In this document: positions 10,473 through 19,419 of the stretch, one piece after another
Layout of the letters: every line of letters starts with the position of its first letter
How positions within the stretch are numbered: the first letter of the stretch is position 1
DNA from: Candidatus Omnitrophota bacterium
GTDB lineage: Bacteria > Omnitrophota > Gorgyraeia > Zapsychrales > Zapsychraceae
Direction of reading: 5' to 3'
DNA length: 64,000 nucleotides
Assembly (NCBI GenBank): GCA_015233495.1
Contig: JADFXQ010000001.1
Coordinates: forward strand, 68,045-132,044
Notes under the pieces: generated by a model
The model's input: only the letters and a program-made list of their open reading frames with translations
What the model was told of the DNA's origin: nothing
Databases searched by the model: none
Position numbers and translations under genes: made by a program

Positions 10473-11070
10473 GCTTTTTCAGCGCCCGGGCCCGGTGGCT
10501 GAGCTTGGCCTTGATCAGGGAATCAAGCTCGCCGAACGTCTTGCCGTACCGCGGAATCAAAAACAGAGGGTCATATCCGAACCCATTCGACCCTGAAGGT
10601 TTTAAGGCAATCACCCCGCCGCAGGTTCCGCTCACCGTCGCCCGCGTACCCTGATCGTCCACCAAAGCAATGCAGCAATGATATCGGCAGGACCGTTTGG
10701 ATAAAGGCAGTCCGCGTAAAGAACGTAAAAGTTTGGCATTATTTTTTGCATCCGTAGCCTGCGGCCCCGCGAACCGCGCCGAATAAATACCCGGCGCGCC
10801 GCCCAACCCGTCCACGGCCAATCCAGAATCCTCACCCATGGTCAATTTGCCGGTATAAGCCGCAATCACCTGCGCCTTCTTGAGCGCGTTCGCCGCGAAC
10901 GTTGTACCATCCTCAACAATCTCCGGAGCGGCAGGATAGTCCTTTAAAGAAGTGATCGCGATCTCCATCCCCGCCAACAATTCCTTAATCTCGCGCAACT
11001 TACCCTGATTCGTCGTGGCAATAACTAATTCCCGTTTTTTCAAAACCACTCCTTGTGAATACAATAGCAA
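10429..11070 (-). CDS. rdgB: RdgB/HAM1 non-canonical purine NTP pyrophosphatase (dITP/XTP pyrophosphatase)
   Basis: LVIATTNQGKLREIKELL ... FGYDPLFLIP HAM1 signatures. Its 3' end overlaps the AsmA-like 3' end convergently. Confidence 0.8.
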   Translation of the reverse strand: MLLYSQGVVLKKRELVIATTNQGKLREIKELLAGMEIAITSLKDYPAAPEIVEDGTTFAANALKKAQVIAAYTGKLTMGEDSGLAVDGLGGAPGIYSARFAGPQATDAKNNAKLLRSLRGLPLSKRSCRYHCCIALVDDQGTRATVSGTCGGVIALKPSGSNGFGYDPLFLIPRYGKTFGELDSLIKAKLSHRARALKKLKTTLQEYFARPVG

Positions 11071-11141
11071 AAAAAGAATCCTTTTCGCGATCGCGCCGCT
11101 TTCATAAAAATCCTCCCGAGAACCGACCTATAAATCACGCG

Positions 11142-13394
11142 CTACCTCCCGGAAATTGACGTTGGAATCCCAATCGGAACAATCCGCAATATCATCCCCC
11201 GAACTCCGGAAAAATTACCTCTCTGAAATTCCGCGATCATCGCCGAGGTAAATTTTAAATCTATGCCCTGCCTCTCTCGCGTGACATCAACCGTGATATT
11301 AAAGTTAATCCCTCCGGGATTCATTCCCGCGAGCGGACTGGATAACACTTTGACATCCGCATTCTCCAATCGCGTCACTTCGCCATTTTTCAATTCCAAT
11401 TGCCGCCATTGAATCACAGAAACACCCTCCTCATGAACACGAGCAACTGTGTTTGACCGCATCGCAATACGCAAAGCGCTCATCTGAATCGCATGGCCAA
11501 AAAGAATGACCGTTTTGCCTCGCAGGTGGGTATCTTCGGCTATCTTCTTTAAAAAACGATACTGCCGCGCAATGAGGTCCAAATATCTTTCACCCCGGTT
11601 AAATGAAGCCAAAGCGCTCCCGGTGATATCATTCATGCCGGTTGTGCTCCCTCCCGGCCAAATACTCACACGTGTTGTTTCCATGTCTCCGGTCATCTTC
11701 CGGGGGGAAAGCCCAACCGACTGCATTTCTGCATGCAATGCTTCCGGCGGCTGCGCATAAGCAAAATGCGTCGCATCACCCATATCCATTTCATTGATGC
11801 CAGGTTCCACAGACACCGGAAGATTAACTCCCAACTCCCGCTTCACTAAATCCAAAAACGGCTGTGCCGTTTGTTGCGCACGTCGTAAACCCGAGGTGAT
11901 AACCACAACTTTCCCGGCAGCAATGTCGGCGCGATAGATATCGAACAATTGTTGACTTGTTTGTTGCGCCTGTTGCACTCCTTTGTCATTAAGAGAATCG
12001 AGAAACTCCTCATTTGCTTGCCCGTTTAAAACAAAATAGCGATTCGCATTCGTATGCCCGTGCCGGACCCCGACCAACTGAACGCCGCTCAGATCAACCC
12101 AAGGCTCGTCGGAAGTATAGGCGATTTCACCTTTTGTGTTGACCTGCAATTTACCATCAGTTGCGTTAACTGCTGTCCAACCTTGCATAGCCGGGCGAGT
12201 GGTCCCAACCGCCAACACAGATACCCGCGCGCGATCGCCGTCTTGACCGGATTTGTCCGTAGGAGAAGATGATCCAGTGATCGTTAAATTCTCTATGCCT
12301 AACCGCATATTTTCTCCGCCGGAAAAATATTGACGCGCAATAGTATCTTCACTCAACGGGTCTGTATCTTCTTTAATATAATTGAACACCCCTTTTTGGT
12401 AAGCCTGTAAGTATTGTTGATATATTTTCTCTTTCACCAAGGGATCATCTGTTAAAACGCCGCCGGTCTTCCCTTTATTACTGTACACTTGATTCAACAA
12501 CGCGTCTTTAAGCGCGATCTTATACCAAGAAGCCAGAATCATGCTATAAAACATCTGCCGTAGCGGAGCAAAATTTTTCCCTTCATTCACTTCCTTTTCA
12601 ATTTCGGGAATGATGATTTCTTTGACAGCCGCAGCAGCCATACTATGAGTTGAAATACGCGGCCGACGCTCAATATGAACCATACCGGTTCGTTCATCTT
12701 GGTCCCGCATTCTCAATCGGCCATCCGCCGCCAAAGCGGCATAATCTTCTTCTAACATTACCTTCAAATGGGAGCCCACAACAAAAGCCGTATGATCCCG
12801 TTCCCGAACCTTCGCATGCTCCGCGACAATCCAAACCTTATTGAATGTATCGACTGGAATATCAGTTGCCCCAAATTGCTTTTCCACCTTGGCATAGACC
12901 CGATCCCAAAAAGTCTTTCCTAATTGGCTATTAGGATACATCAATGACGCAGTCAATTGCTTCAAAATATAATCTTGTGCCAGCATATCCCGGCCAAGTA
13001 TTGTCTTCCCCAACTCCGCCGGAATGATTTTGTCCTTTTCGTATGGAGACAAATTTACCCAAAGATCATCTTCCTTGATCGTTAAAGCTGCTAAAAAATA
13101 TTTAATCAATTTCTGTGATTCTGTTTTGAACTCCGCGCTATCAATCTTGATCTGTGAGGAACCCGTATCCATAATAAAATCAAACAAAAGCGGGTTGTCA
13201 GCATGGATTTCAACGCCCTTCATGATAACCGGCATATAAGCTGGGTTGGAAAGAACCCTGGCTCCCGGCGCCGGCAAAAGCAAGGCCTGAGCCAAGGCCG
13301 CCGGAGAAAGCAGCCCGGAAAAAATAAATCCCCCAATGATCCCCACGCAGATCAATCGAAATATCAATGTCTTTTGGAATGTTTGCCTCTTCAT
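11142..13394 (-). CDS. large secreted protein: conserved N-terminal ~450-aa domain of unknown function fused to C-terminal histidine phosphatase (PGAM-family RHG) domain; paralog of 55163..57472
   Basis: Signal/anchor MKRQTFQKTLIFRLICVGIIGGFIFSGLL. N-domain LIKYFLAALTIKEDDLWVNLSPYEKDKIIP... is shared with the second paralog. C-terminal VGVRHGHTNANR has the RHG motif. Confidence 0.5.
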   Translation of the reverse strand: MKRQTFQKTLIFRLICVGIIGGFIFSGLLSPAALAQALLLPAPGARVLSNPAYMPVIMKGVEIHADNPLLFDFIMDTGSSQIKIDSAEFKTESQKLIKYFLAALTIKEDDLWVNLSPYEKDKIIPAELGKTILGRDMLAQDYILKQLTASLMYPNSQLGKTFWDRVYAKVEKQFGATDIPVDTFNKVWIVAEHAKVRERDHTAFVVGSHLKVMLEEDYAALAADGRLRMRDQDERTGMVHIERRPRISTHSMAAAAVKEIIIPEIEKEVNEGKNFAPLRQMFYSMILASWYKIALKDALLNQVYSNKGKTGGVLTDDPLVKEKIYQQYLQAYQKGVFNYIKEDTDPLSEDTIARQYFSGGENMRLGIENLTITGSSSPTDKSGQDGDRARVSVLAVGTTRPAMQGWTAVNATDGKLQVNTKGEIAYTSDEPWVDLSGVQLVGVRHGHTNANRYFVLNGQANEEFLDSLNDKGVQQAQQTSQQLFDIYRADIAAGKVVVITSGLRRAQQTAQPFLDLVKRELGVNLPVSVEPGINEMDMGDATHFAYAQPPEALHAEMQSVGLSPRKMTGDMETTRVSIWPGGSTTGMNDITGSALASFNRGERYLDLIARQYRFLKKIAEDTHLRGKTVILFGHAIQMSALRIAMRSNTVARVHEEGVSVIQWRQLELKNGEVTRLENADVKVLSSPLAGMNPGGINFNITVDVTRERQGIDLKFTSAMIAEFQRGNFSGVRGMILRIVPIGIPTSISGR

Positions 13395-13670
13395 CCTTTC
13401 TGCATATCGTCAGCTGTAATCTTTACGCCCAATCTTTTCCCTTGAAAAAATTTAAACCAAGAGCGCCAACACATATTTTGTGAATTGCAGAACAAGTATA
13501 CCTGATCATATGATGAAACGCCAATTTTAGCAATTGAATCACTTTTTCAAATCATCCCTGAGAAATATGCGGCAACTAATAAGATTCAAATATTCCTGCG
13601 GGTTTGCTGGATATCTTTAATAAGTATGTAACGATTCAAGGCGTCAATGAGAGAGGTGGGAAAACCCAAG

Positions 13671-13690
13671 AACCGATTGATTTATCGGTT
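13671..13690 (-). terminator. candidate intrinsic terminator hairpin after hicB
   Basis: AACCGAT-tgattt-ATCGGTT perfect 7-bp stem just downstream of the hicB stop, followed on the minus strand by cttgggtttt. Confidence 0.35.
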
Positions 13691-13695
13691 GGAGC

Positions 13696-14031
13696 CTATT
13701 GAGCTGAAAGAATCTCTTCAATGTATTTATTTAAACTATCGCCATTACGCAGGGCTTTAATCGTTATGGTCTTGTGAAGATCCGGGGAAATTCTTAACGG
13801 TATCTTCCCGGAAAATTTCCGGGACATAATCTGCGGCGGAATCGGCCGGCCGTCTTTTAACAAAATAGCTTCCATCTCCGCGGCCACGGCGCATAACTCT
13901 CGGAACACTTTAGATTCATCTTTTCCGTGCACCCCCCCTAAAAACAGACCCGGCGCCGTCCCAATATAGCATTGGTCCTCATCCGACCATTCCACGACTT
14001 TTAAATAAGCGGGCCTTTTTTGTTTAATCAT
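13696..14031 (-). CDS. hicB: HicB family antitoxin
   Basis: HicB-like RNaseH-fold N-terminal region and a C-terminal RHH-like tail. Start MIKQKRP overlaps the hicA stop. Confidence 0.65.
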   Translation of the reverse strand: MIKQKRPAYLKVVEWSDEDQCYIGTAPGLFLGGVHGKDESKVFRELCAVAAEMEAILLKDGRPIPPQIMSRKFSGKIPLRISPDLHKTITIKALRNGDSLNKYIEEILSAQ

Positions 14032-14222
14032 TTCTGCGCCTCCCACAAAGCAATTTTAACCGCTTGCTCTTGATACGGTAAAGCATCATCGCCCAATTGA
14101 CCGGAAATAACAACCGCCGGGTGTAGCGGGTGAACAAACTTCCGATGACTGCCCTTGCCGCCCCGGTTAGCAAACCCCATTTTTTCCAAATCCCTGATCA
14201 ATTCGCGAATTTTGCGTAGCAT
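14028..14222 (-). CDS. hicA: HicA family mRNA interferase toxin
   Basis: 64 aa, ...GFANRGGKGSHRKFVHP... The GSH-containing YcfA/HicA motif. Confidence 0.7.
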   Translation of the reverse strand: MLRKIRELIRDLEKMGFANRGGKGSHRKFVHPLHPAVVISGQLGDDALPYQEQAVKIALWEAQK

Positions 14223-14284
14223 AATAATGATATCATTGTAATATCACATTTACAAGAAAATTTTTATTAAATTAAACCCCCATT

Positions 14285-14998
14285 TTATAAAACGTGCCCC
14301 AACTGTTTTTTCTGGATCTTAAATAACTCCTTGATACCTTTCTCCGCCAGGGCCAGAAGTTTGTCCATTTGGTCTTTGGAAAACGGTTTGCCTTCGGCTG
14401 TGCCTTGCACTTCCACGAAATCGCCTTGGCCTACCATGACCACGTTCATATCCATGCCCGCCGTCGAATCTTCTTGATAATCTAAATCCAAAACCGGCTG
14501 ACCCGCGACCATGCCGACGCTCACTGCCGCGACATAATCCGTAATCGGGATAGTCTTGATTTTTCCTTTAACGTTTAACGTCTCTAAGGCTAAAGCCAAA
14601 GCGATAAACCCGCCGGTAATCGACGCGGTGCGCGTGCCGCCATCCGCCTGAATCACATCGCAATCGATCGTGACCGTGCGCTCGCCAATTTTATGCAAAT
14701 CTACAATGGAACGCAAAGACCGGCCGATCAACCGCTGAATTTCCTGAGCCCGTCCAGAAACCGGAGCCCGTTTCACCCGCGACGAACAAGACCGCGGCAG
14801 CATCGCGTATTCCGCAGTCACCCAACCCTGTCTTTGTCCTTTAAGAAAAGGCGGCACTGTGTCTTCCACCGTAGCCGCGCAGATCACCCGGGTATCTCCG
14901 AACTCAATCAAGCACGAACCTTCAGGATGCTTGATGTAATCCCGCGTCACCTTAATCTCGCGCAATTCCTGCGCCGCGCGTCCGTCATGTCGAGCCAT
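14285..14998 (-). CDS. rph: ribonuclease PH
   Basis: RPH signature throughout ([48 protein letters not shown]). Start taken as MARHDGR. Confidence 0.9.
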   Translation of the reverse strand: MARHDGRAAQELREIKVTRDYIKHPEGSCLIEFGDTRVICAATVEDTVPPFLKGQRQGWVTAEYAMLPRSCSSRVKRAPVSGRAQEIQRLIGRSLRSIVDLHKIGERTVTIDCDVIQADGGTRTASITGGFIALALALETLNVKGKIKTIPITDYVAAVSVGMVAGQPVLDLDYQEDSTAGMDMNVVMVGQGDFVEVQGTAEGKPFSKDQMDKLLALAEKGIKELFKIQKKQLGHVL

Positions 14999-15123
14999 AA
15001 TTCCATCCTTTTTCGTGGTTCGTTCTGTCAAAAGTTTTCACTTCTTATCTTTTGTTTTTATAACGAGTTCTGATTTTTTGACTTGCCTCCCTGCCCATCG
15101 CTGGCAAAGCCGCGCGCCTTAAA

Positions 15124-15549
15124 CTATCGCGATTCCAACTTCGACAACAATTTTTTACCCTTATATTCCGCGGATACCATAGTATGAATCCCCCCGCGCG
15201 GCATAATATTTCCTTCGACCCGCATCCATTTCGGCTGACAAGCGGCCACCAGATCGTCGAGAATCCGGTTAACCAAATGCTCGTGAAAAATACCCTTATC
15301 GCGGTAAGCAATGATATACATCTTCAAAGACTTCAATTCCAGACAAGTTTTCGCGGGAATATAATCAATCACAATCGCGCCAAAATCCGGCAGTCCGGTT
15401 TTCGGACAAATGCAGGTAAATTCCGGAATCTCCAAATGAATCGTATAATTTCGTCCGGCGTACTGATTCTCCCAAACCTCAATCCCCGGTATTTTCATAG
15501 TGCGAACATGCGCTTGCAAATTTTCATAAGAACTTTTTTTTGTAGGCAT
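15124..15549 (-). CDS. queF: NADPH-dependent 7-cyano-7-deazaguanine reductase (preQ1 synthase)
   Basis: EFTCICPKTGLPDFGAIVIDY catalytic Cys motif of unimodular QueF. Confidence 0.85.
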   Translation of the reverse strand: MPTKKSSYENLQAHVRTMKIPGIEVWENQYAGRNYTIHLEIPEFTCICPKTGLPDFGAIVIDYIPAKTCLELKSLKMYIIAYRDKGIFHEHLVNRILDDLVAACQPKWMRVEGNIMPRGGIHTMVSAEYKGKKLLSKLESR

Positions 15550-15613
15550 TTTTTCTCCTTTAACAATTCAACGAACAGTGGCAAAACCGCGCGGAACCGC
15601 AGCCCCCGCCGAA

Positions 15614-16303
15614 TCAGCGGATCTGCAGCAATTTATGCATCTGCGGAATTACGCGCGCGTCCCTTAAATATTTGGAACTAAGCCGCGCGAAAGACTCATA
15701 TTTTTCAATCGAATCCCCCGCCAGGGATTGTCCCTGCGGCTGAATCACCAAAACTATGCCCGGATCAACCGAAGCAACGAGTTGCGCGGCTTGCGCAACC
15801 TCTTCAAACGCGGTGCTCGGAGTGACAACAACTTTCGCATAAACATCTTTTTCCGCGGCAATTCTTAAAAATTCCTCATGTTCGGCCCAATAAGATTTTT
15901 CGCCAGTCGAAGTCGGCAGTTTGATATCCATAGAAACGATATCCACCGCCGGTAAAACCTCGGCTAAGGCCTGCGGCAAAGTGCCATTAGTCTCCAAAAA
16001 AACTTTGCGCCCGGACTGATGAATCATCTCGCCCAGCTTCCGCACTGCCGACGGCTGTAATAAGGGCTCGCCTCCCGTCAAGCTGACCGAATGGCATCCT
16101 TCCCATAACGACACAATTTGTTTAAACACCTCTGCCACGGATTGTGACGCTTCTGTCCGGGGAATAACCGCCGCGGATTTTGTGTCGCACCAGACGCAGT
16201 TTAAATTGCATCCCGCGAACCGGACAAAGACTTGGCAGACGCCGACATATTTCCCTTCGCCTTGAATCGAACGAAAAATTTCAACAATGCTCGCTGATGC
16301 CAT
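15614..16303 (-). CDS. queE: 7-carboxy-7-deazaguanine synthase (radical SAM)
   Basis: FVRFAGCNLNCVWCDT CxxxCxxC-like QueE cluster motif. Confidence 0.85.
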   Translation of the reverse strand: MASASIVEIFRSIQGEGKYVGVCQVFVRFAGCNLNCVWCDTKSAAVIPRTEASQSVAEVFKQIVSLWEGCHSVSLTGGEPLLQPSAVRKLGEMIHQSGRKVFLETNGTLPQALAEVLPAVDIVSMDIKLPTSTGEKSYWAEHEEFLRIAAEKDVYAKVVVTPSTAFEEVAQAAQLVASVDPGIVLVIQPQGQSLAGDSIEKYESFARLSSKYLRDARVIPQMHKLLQIR

Positions 16304-16327
16304 AAAATCACATCCCGAAAAAATCCT

Positions 16328-17014
16328 TTACCCGGCGGGATCCGCCATCCCCACCGCCGCAAATCCTTTTTTCCGTAACACACAACTGTCACATGTCCCG
16401 CAGGGCTTACGGCCGCCCTGATAACACGACCAGGTCAATTCATACGGCACGCCTAATTTCATCCCTAAACGGATAATCTGCGCTTTGGTTAAATTCACCA
16501 GCGGCGTTAAAATCTTGATTGCCTTGCCGTTCACCCCCGCCTTGGTCCCCCGGCGCAAAGTTTCTTGAAACGACTGAAAAAATTCCGGCCGGCAATCCGG
16601 ATATCCGGAATAATCGATCGCGTTCGCGCCAATGAACACCGCTGACGCGCCGATCGCTTCCGCGTAAGAAACCGCGAAGCTTAAAAATATAATATTGCGC
16701 CCCGGCACATAGGTAGAAGGGATTTCCTGAAGATCGATTTTTTCCCGGCGCGGCAAAGGGCTTTTCTTGTTCAGCAATGACGATCCTTGCCAAGGCAGAA
16801 TGATCTTAAGAATCTGATAGCCGCATCCCGCAGTCCGCGCCACAGCAACCGCCTGGCGCGTTTCTTTTTGATGCCGCTGGCCATATCGAAAAATCAGACA
16901 ATGCGGGACATACCCTTGCCGGTGAGCCGCGTATAAAGTCGTAGCGGAATCCAGCCCTCCGGATAACAACACCACAGCCTTGCGTCCGCTATTGGGGGTG
17001 GATCTTTCTGCCAT
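16328..17014 (-). CDS. queC: 7-cyano-7-deazaguanine synthase
   Basis: KAVVLLSGGLDSATTL PP-loop and a C-terminal CGTCDSC zinc motif. Start moved to MAERST to avoid overlapping queD. Confidence 0.85.
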   Translation of the reverse strand: MAERSTPNSGRKAVVLLSGGLDSATTLYAAHRQGYVPHCLIFRYGQRHQKETRQAVAVARTAGCGYQILKIILPWQGSSLLNKKSPLPRREKIDLQEIPSTYVPGRNIIFLSFAVSYAEAIGASAVFIGANAIDYSGYPDCRPEFFQSFQETLRRGTKAGVNGKAIKILTPLVNLTKAQIIRLGMKLGVPYELTWSCYQGGRKPCGTCDSCVLRKKGFAAVGMADPAG

Positions 17015-17063
17015 TACATTTCCCTTTCGCGTTCCCTGTCCCGCGCTTTTTCCCCGCTGTTCC

Positions 17064-17426
17064 TTATCCCCGATAGATAACACTCGCGGCTTCCGATTCC
17101 CAGACTTCGACTTGCCGGACAACTATCGGCGCGACAGCCGCGGAAAATCCCTCGAAAACATGCCGCGCTATATTTTCAGTTGTCGGGTTATGCGTTTTAA
17201 AATATTCCAGATCATTCAGACAGCAATGATCCATCGGGCTTAAAAAATCATTCAACCTTTGTTTCACCGCGCCGAAATCCGCTACCATACCCAAATTATC
17301 CAATTCCGCCGCCGCTATTGTCACCTGAACCTTCCAATTGTGACCGTGCAGATGCCGGCACTTACCCGCGTATTCGCGCAAAAAATGCGCGGAAGAAATC
17401 ATGCCTTGCGCTTTAAGTTCGTACAT
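17064..17426 (-). CDS. queD: 6-carboxy-5,6,7,8-tetrahydropterin synthase
   Basis: CRHLHGHNWKV CxxHGH zinc motif. Start taken as MYELKAQ. Confidence 0.85.
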   Translation of the reverse strand: MYELKAQGMISSAHFLREYAGKCRHLHGHNWKVQVTIAAAELDNLGMVADFGAVKQRLNDFLSPMDHCCLNDLEYFKTHNPTTENIARHVFEGFSAAVAPIVVRQVEVWESEAASVIYRG

Positions 17427-17461
17427 ATCCCGCCTCCCTGCCCTCAAAAAAAGAAAGAATC

Positions 17462-17506
17462 ATCCCAGACCATATATGTCCAATTTGGACAGCAATGATC
17501 CCAGAC
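17462..17506. promoter_or_regulatory. candidate operator upstream of queDCEF: palindrome TGTCCAA-T-TTGGACA flanked by direct repeats ATCCCAGAC
   Basis: Seen in the murI-queD intergenic region. No preQ1 riboswitch-like sequence is present. Confidence 0.4.
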
Positions 17507-17513
17507 ATATCTT

Positions 17514-18329
17514 CTATCGCCGCACCAGCACACTGCGGATTTCCCGCCCCAAAAAATGGCTCGCCATCCGCGAAAAATCCTGCGGACGGTCGCTGACCAA
17601 AAACCGGTATTTGCCGGTATGTTTGTCTTCCCGAAGCAATCCTGATTCCATAAGAATATTGCGGGCGCGTCCCGCTACTTCCGACGCGGAATCAACCAGA
17701 AATACCCGCGGCCCCATCACCCGCCTCAATACCGGCTTTAATAAAGGATAATGCGTGCATCCCAAAATCAGCGTGTCTACCCTCGCCTTGATTAAATCCC
17801 GTAAATATTCCTCCGCGACCAAACCGGTCACGGTTTTACCCGTCCATCCCTCCTCGACCAGCGGAACAAACAAAGGACAGGCCTTCCCATAAACCTTGAC
17901 CGCCGGGTTAAGCCGGGTAATCGCCTCCACGTATTTTTGACTTTTGATCGTAGCCGAAGTCGCGATCACTCCGACGCGCTGATTTTTCGTGACCGTCACC
18001 GCCTTATAAGCTCCCGGCTCAATCACGCTAATAATCGGCAAATCGAAAGCGGCGCGCAAAGCAGGGATCGCGCAGCTCGAAGATGAATTGCAAGCCACAA
18101 CCACGGCCTTTACATCGTGCTCTAATAATATTTCCGTATTCTCAACGGAAAAACGAATAATCGATTCTTCCGATTTGGTTCCATAGGGGACGCGCGCCGT
18201 ATCCCCGAAATAAACGATATCCTCGCGCGGCAGACAGCGCATCATTTCCTTAACGACCGTTAATCCGCCCAGCCCTGAATCAAAAACGCCGATCGGTTTA
18301 CGGCGGTCATTCTTTGACATATTTGCCAA
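17514..18329 (-). CDS. murI: glutamate racemase
   Basis: IGVFDSGLGGLTV ... VVACNSSS ... LGCTHYPLL MurI motifs. Confidence 0.9.
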   Translation of the reverse strand: MANMSKNDRRKPIGVFDSGLGGLTVVKEMMRCLPREDIVYFGDTARVPYGTKSEESIIRFSVENTEILLEHDVKAVVVACNSSSSCAIPALRAAFDLPIISVIEPGAYKAVTVTKNQRVGVIATSATIKSQKYVEAITRLNPAVKVYGKACPLFVPLVEEGWTGKTVTGLVAEEYLRDLIKARVDTLILGCTHYPLLKPVLRRVMGPRVFLVDSASEVAGRARNILMESGLLREDKHTGKYRFLVSDRPQDFSRMASHFLGREIRSVLVRR

Positions 18330-19419
18330 TCCCTTGGGTGATCCCGTCGGCGATTTTTTGCCGGTAATCCGCCTGCCGCAATAATTTTTCTTCCCGCGGA
18401 TTGGTCAAAAAACCCACCTCCACTAAAGCCGCCGGGATCAACGTATTGCGCAGCACAAAAAACCGGCAAGTCTTCACTCCGCGAAAGGAAGCATGGATCG
18501 CGCGGCCGGTTTGTTTTCCAATATCATTAGCCAACCGATGAGACGCGGATTCTTTAAAAGCATAAAGCATATCCGAAATAATCTCGGCTACCGTCTTTAA
18601 ATTACGGGCCATTTTAAACCGATGGAAAAACGTCTGTTCATTCTGAGCGCGCTGCTCTTCGCGTTTCTCGCTCGGCGTCAATTCCCGCAGGGCATAGACT
18701 TCAATGCCATTGATTGAACGGGAAGGATGTGAATTGGCGTGAATGCTCACAAACAGATCCGCCCGCGACATACTGACAATTTCCGTGCGGCGTTCCAAGG
18801 AGACAAACACATCGCCCGACCGCAGCAAAATCACCCGAAACCCCTCATTTTCCAATTCTTCCTTAACACGCCGGCTGATATCCAAAACAATATTCTTTTC
18901 CTTCAACCCCCAAGGGCTGATCGCGCCGGGGTCTTTCCCGCCGTGGCCGGGATCTAAAATGACCGTCAGCGGTTGCCGCGCCGCGGTCGCGGTGATTTTA
19001 GGTTCCCCGGGTTCGACCCGCCGCGCCGCCATCGAGACTGCCGGCGCCGGAAAGATACGGTCGAGCACTTTCTGCTGAAAATCCGGCGGAACAATCACCT
19101 CGCTTTGGACAAGACGGATGGGTTGGTTTAAAAGGATACTTTGCTGACTCCAAAGCACCAACGGACTTCCCGCCAAGGCTTTGATTTCGGTCCGAGCCGA
19201 CTTCATCGTGATCACCCGCGTCACCGGGTCCCAGGAACAATCCCAGTGATATTGGCTGCATATTTCAGTCAACCGGTTTGTTCCGCCGGAAACCGCGGCT
19301 CCGGTCGGCGGGTTCGGACGCGTCGCTGTTGCGCAGCCCCAGATCAAAGCGCCGCTGACCACGCCAAAAATCAATAACCAAAAAGAAATGCCGCCCTTTA
19401 AGAATATATCTTTTTTCAT
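18307..19419 (-). CDS. N-acetylmuramoyl-L-alanine amidase (Amidase_3, AmiC-like) lipoprotein
   Basis: Lipobox LIWGCAT. Amidase_3 motifs LDPGHGGKDPGA and IHANS. Confidence 0.8.
   Translation of the reverse strand: MKKDIFLKGGISFWLLIFGVVSGALIWGCATATRPNPPTGAAVSGGTNRLTEICSQYHWDCSWDPVTRVITMKSARTEIKALAGSPLVLWSQQSILLNQPIRLVQSEVIVPPDFQQKVLDRIFPAPAVSMAARRVEPGEPKITATAARQPLTVILDPGHGGKDPGAISPWGLKEKNIVLDISRRVKEELENEGFRVILLRSGDVFVSLERRTEIVSMSRADLFVSIHANSHPSRSINGIEVYALRELTPSEKREEQRAQNEQTFFHRFKMARNLKTVAEIISDMLYAFKESASHRLANDIGKQTGRAIHASFRGVKTCRFFVLRNTLIPAALVEVGFLTNPREEKLLRQADYRQKIADGITQGIGKYVKE

Noticed and set aside
17427-17513. preQ1 riboswitch expected upstream of queDCEF
   Set aside because: No sequence resembling the preQ1-I, -II or -III conserved cores is present in the short leader. 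Only a DNA palindrome is seen.
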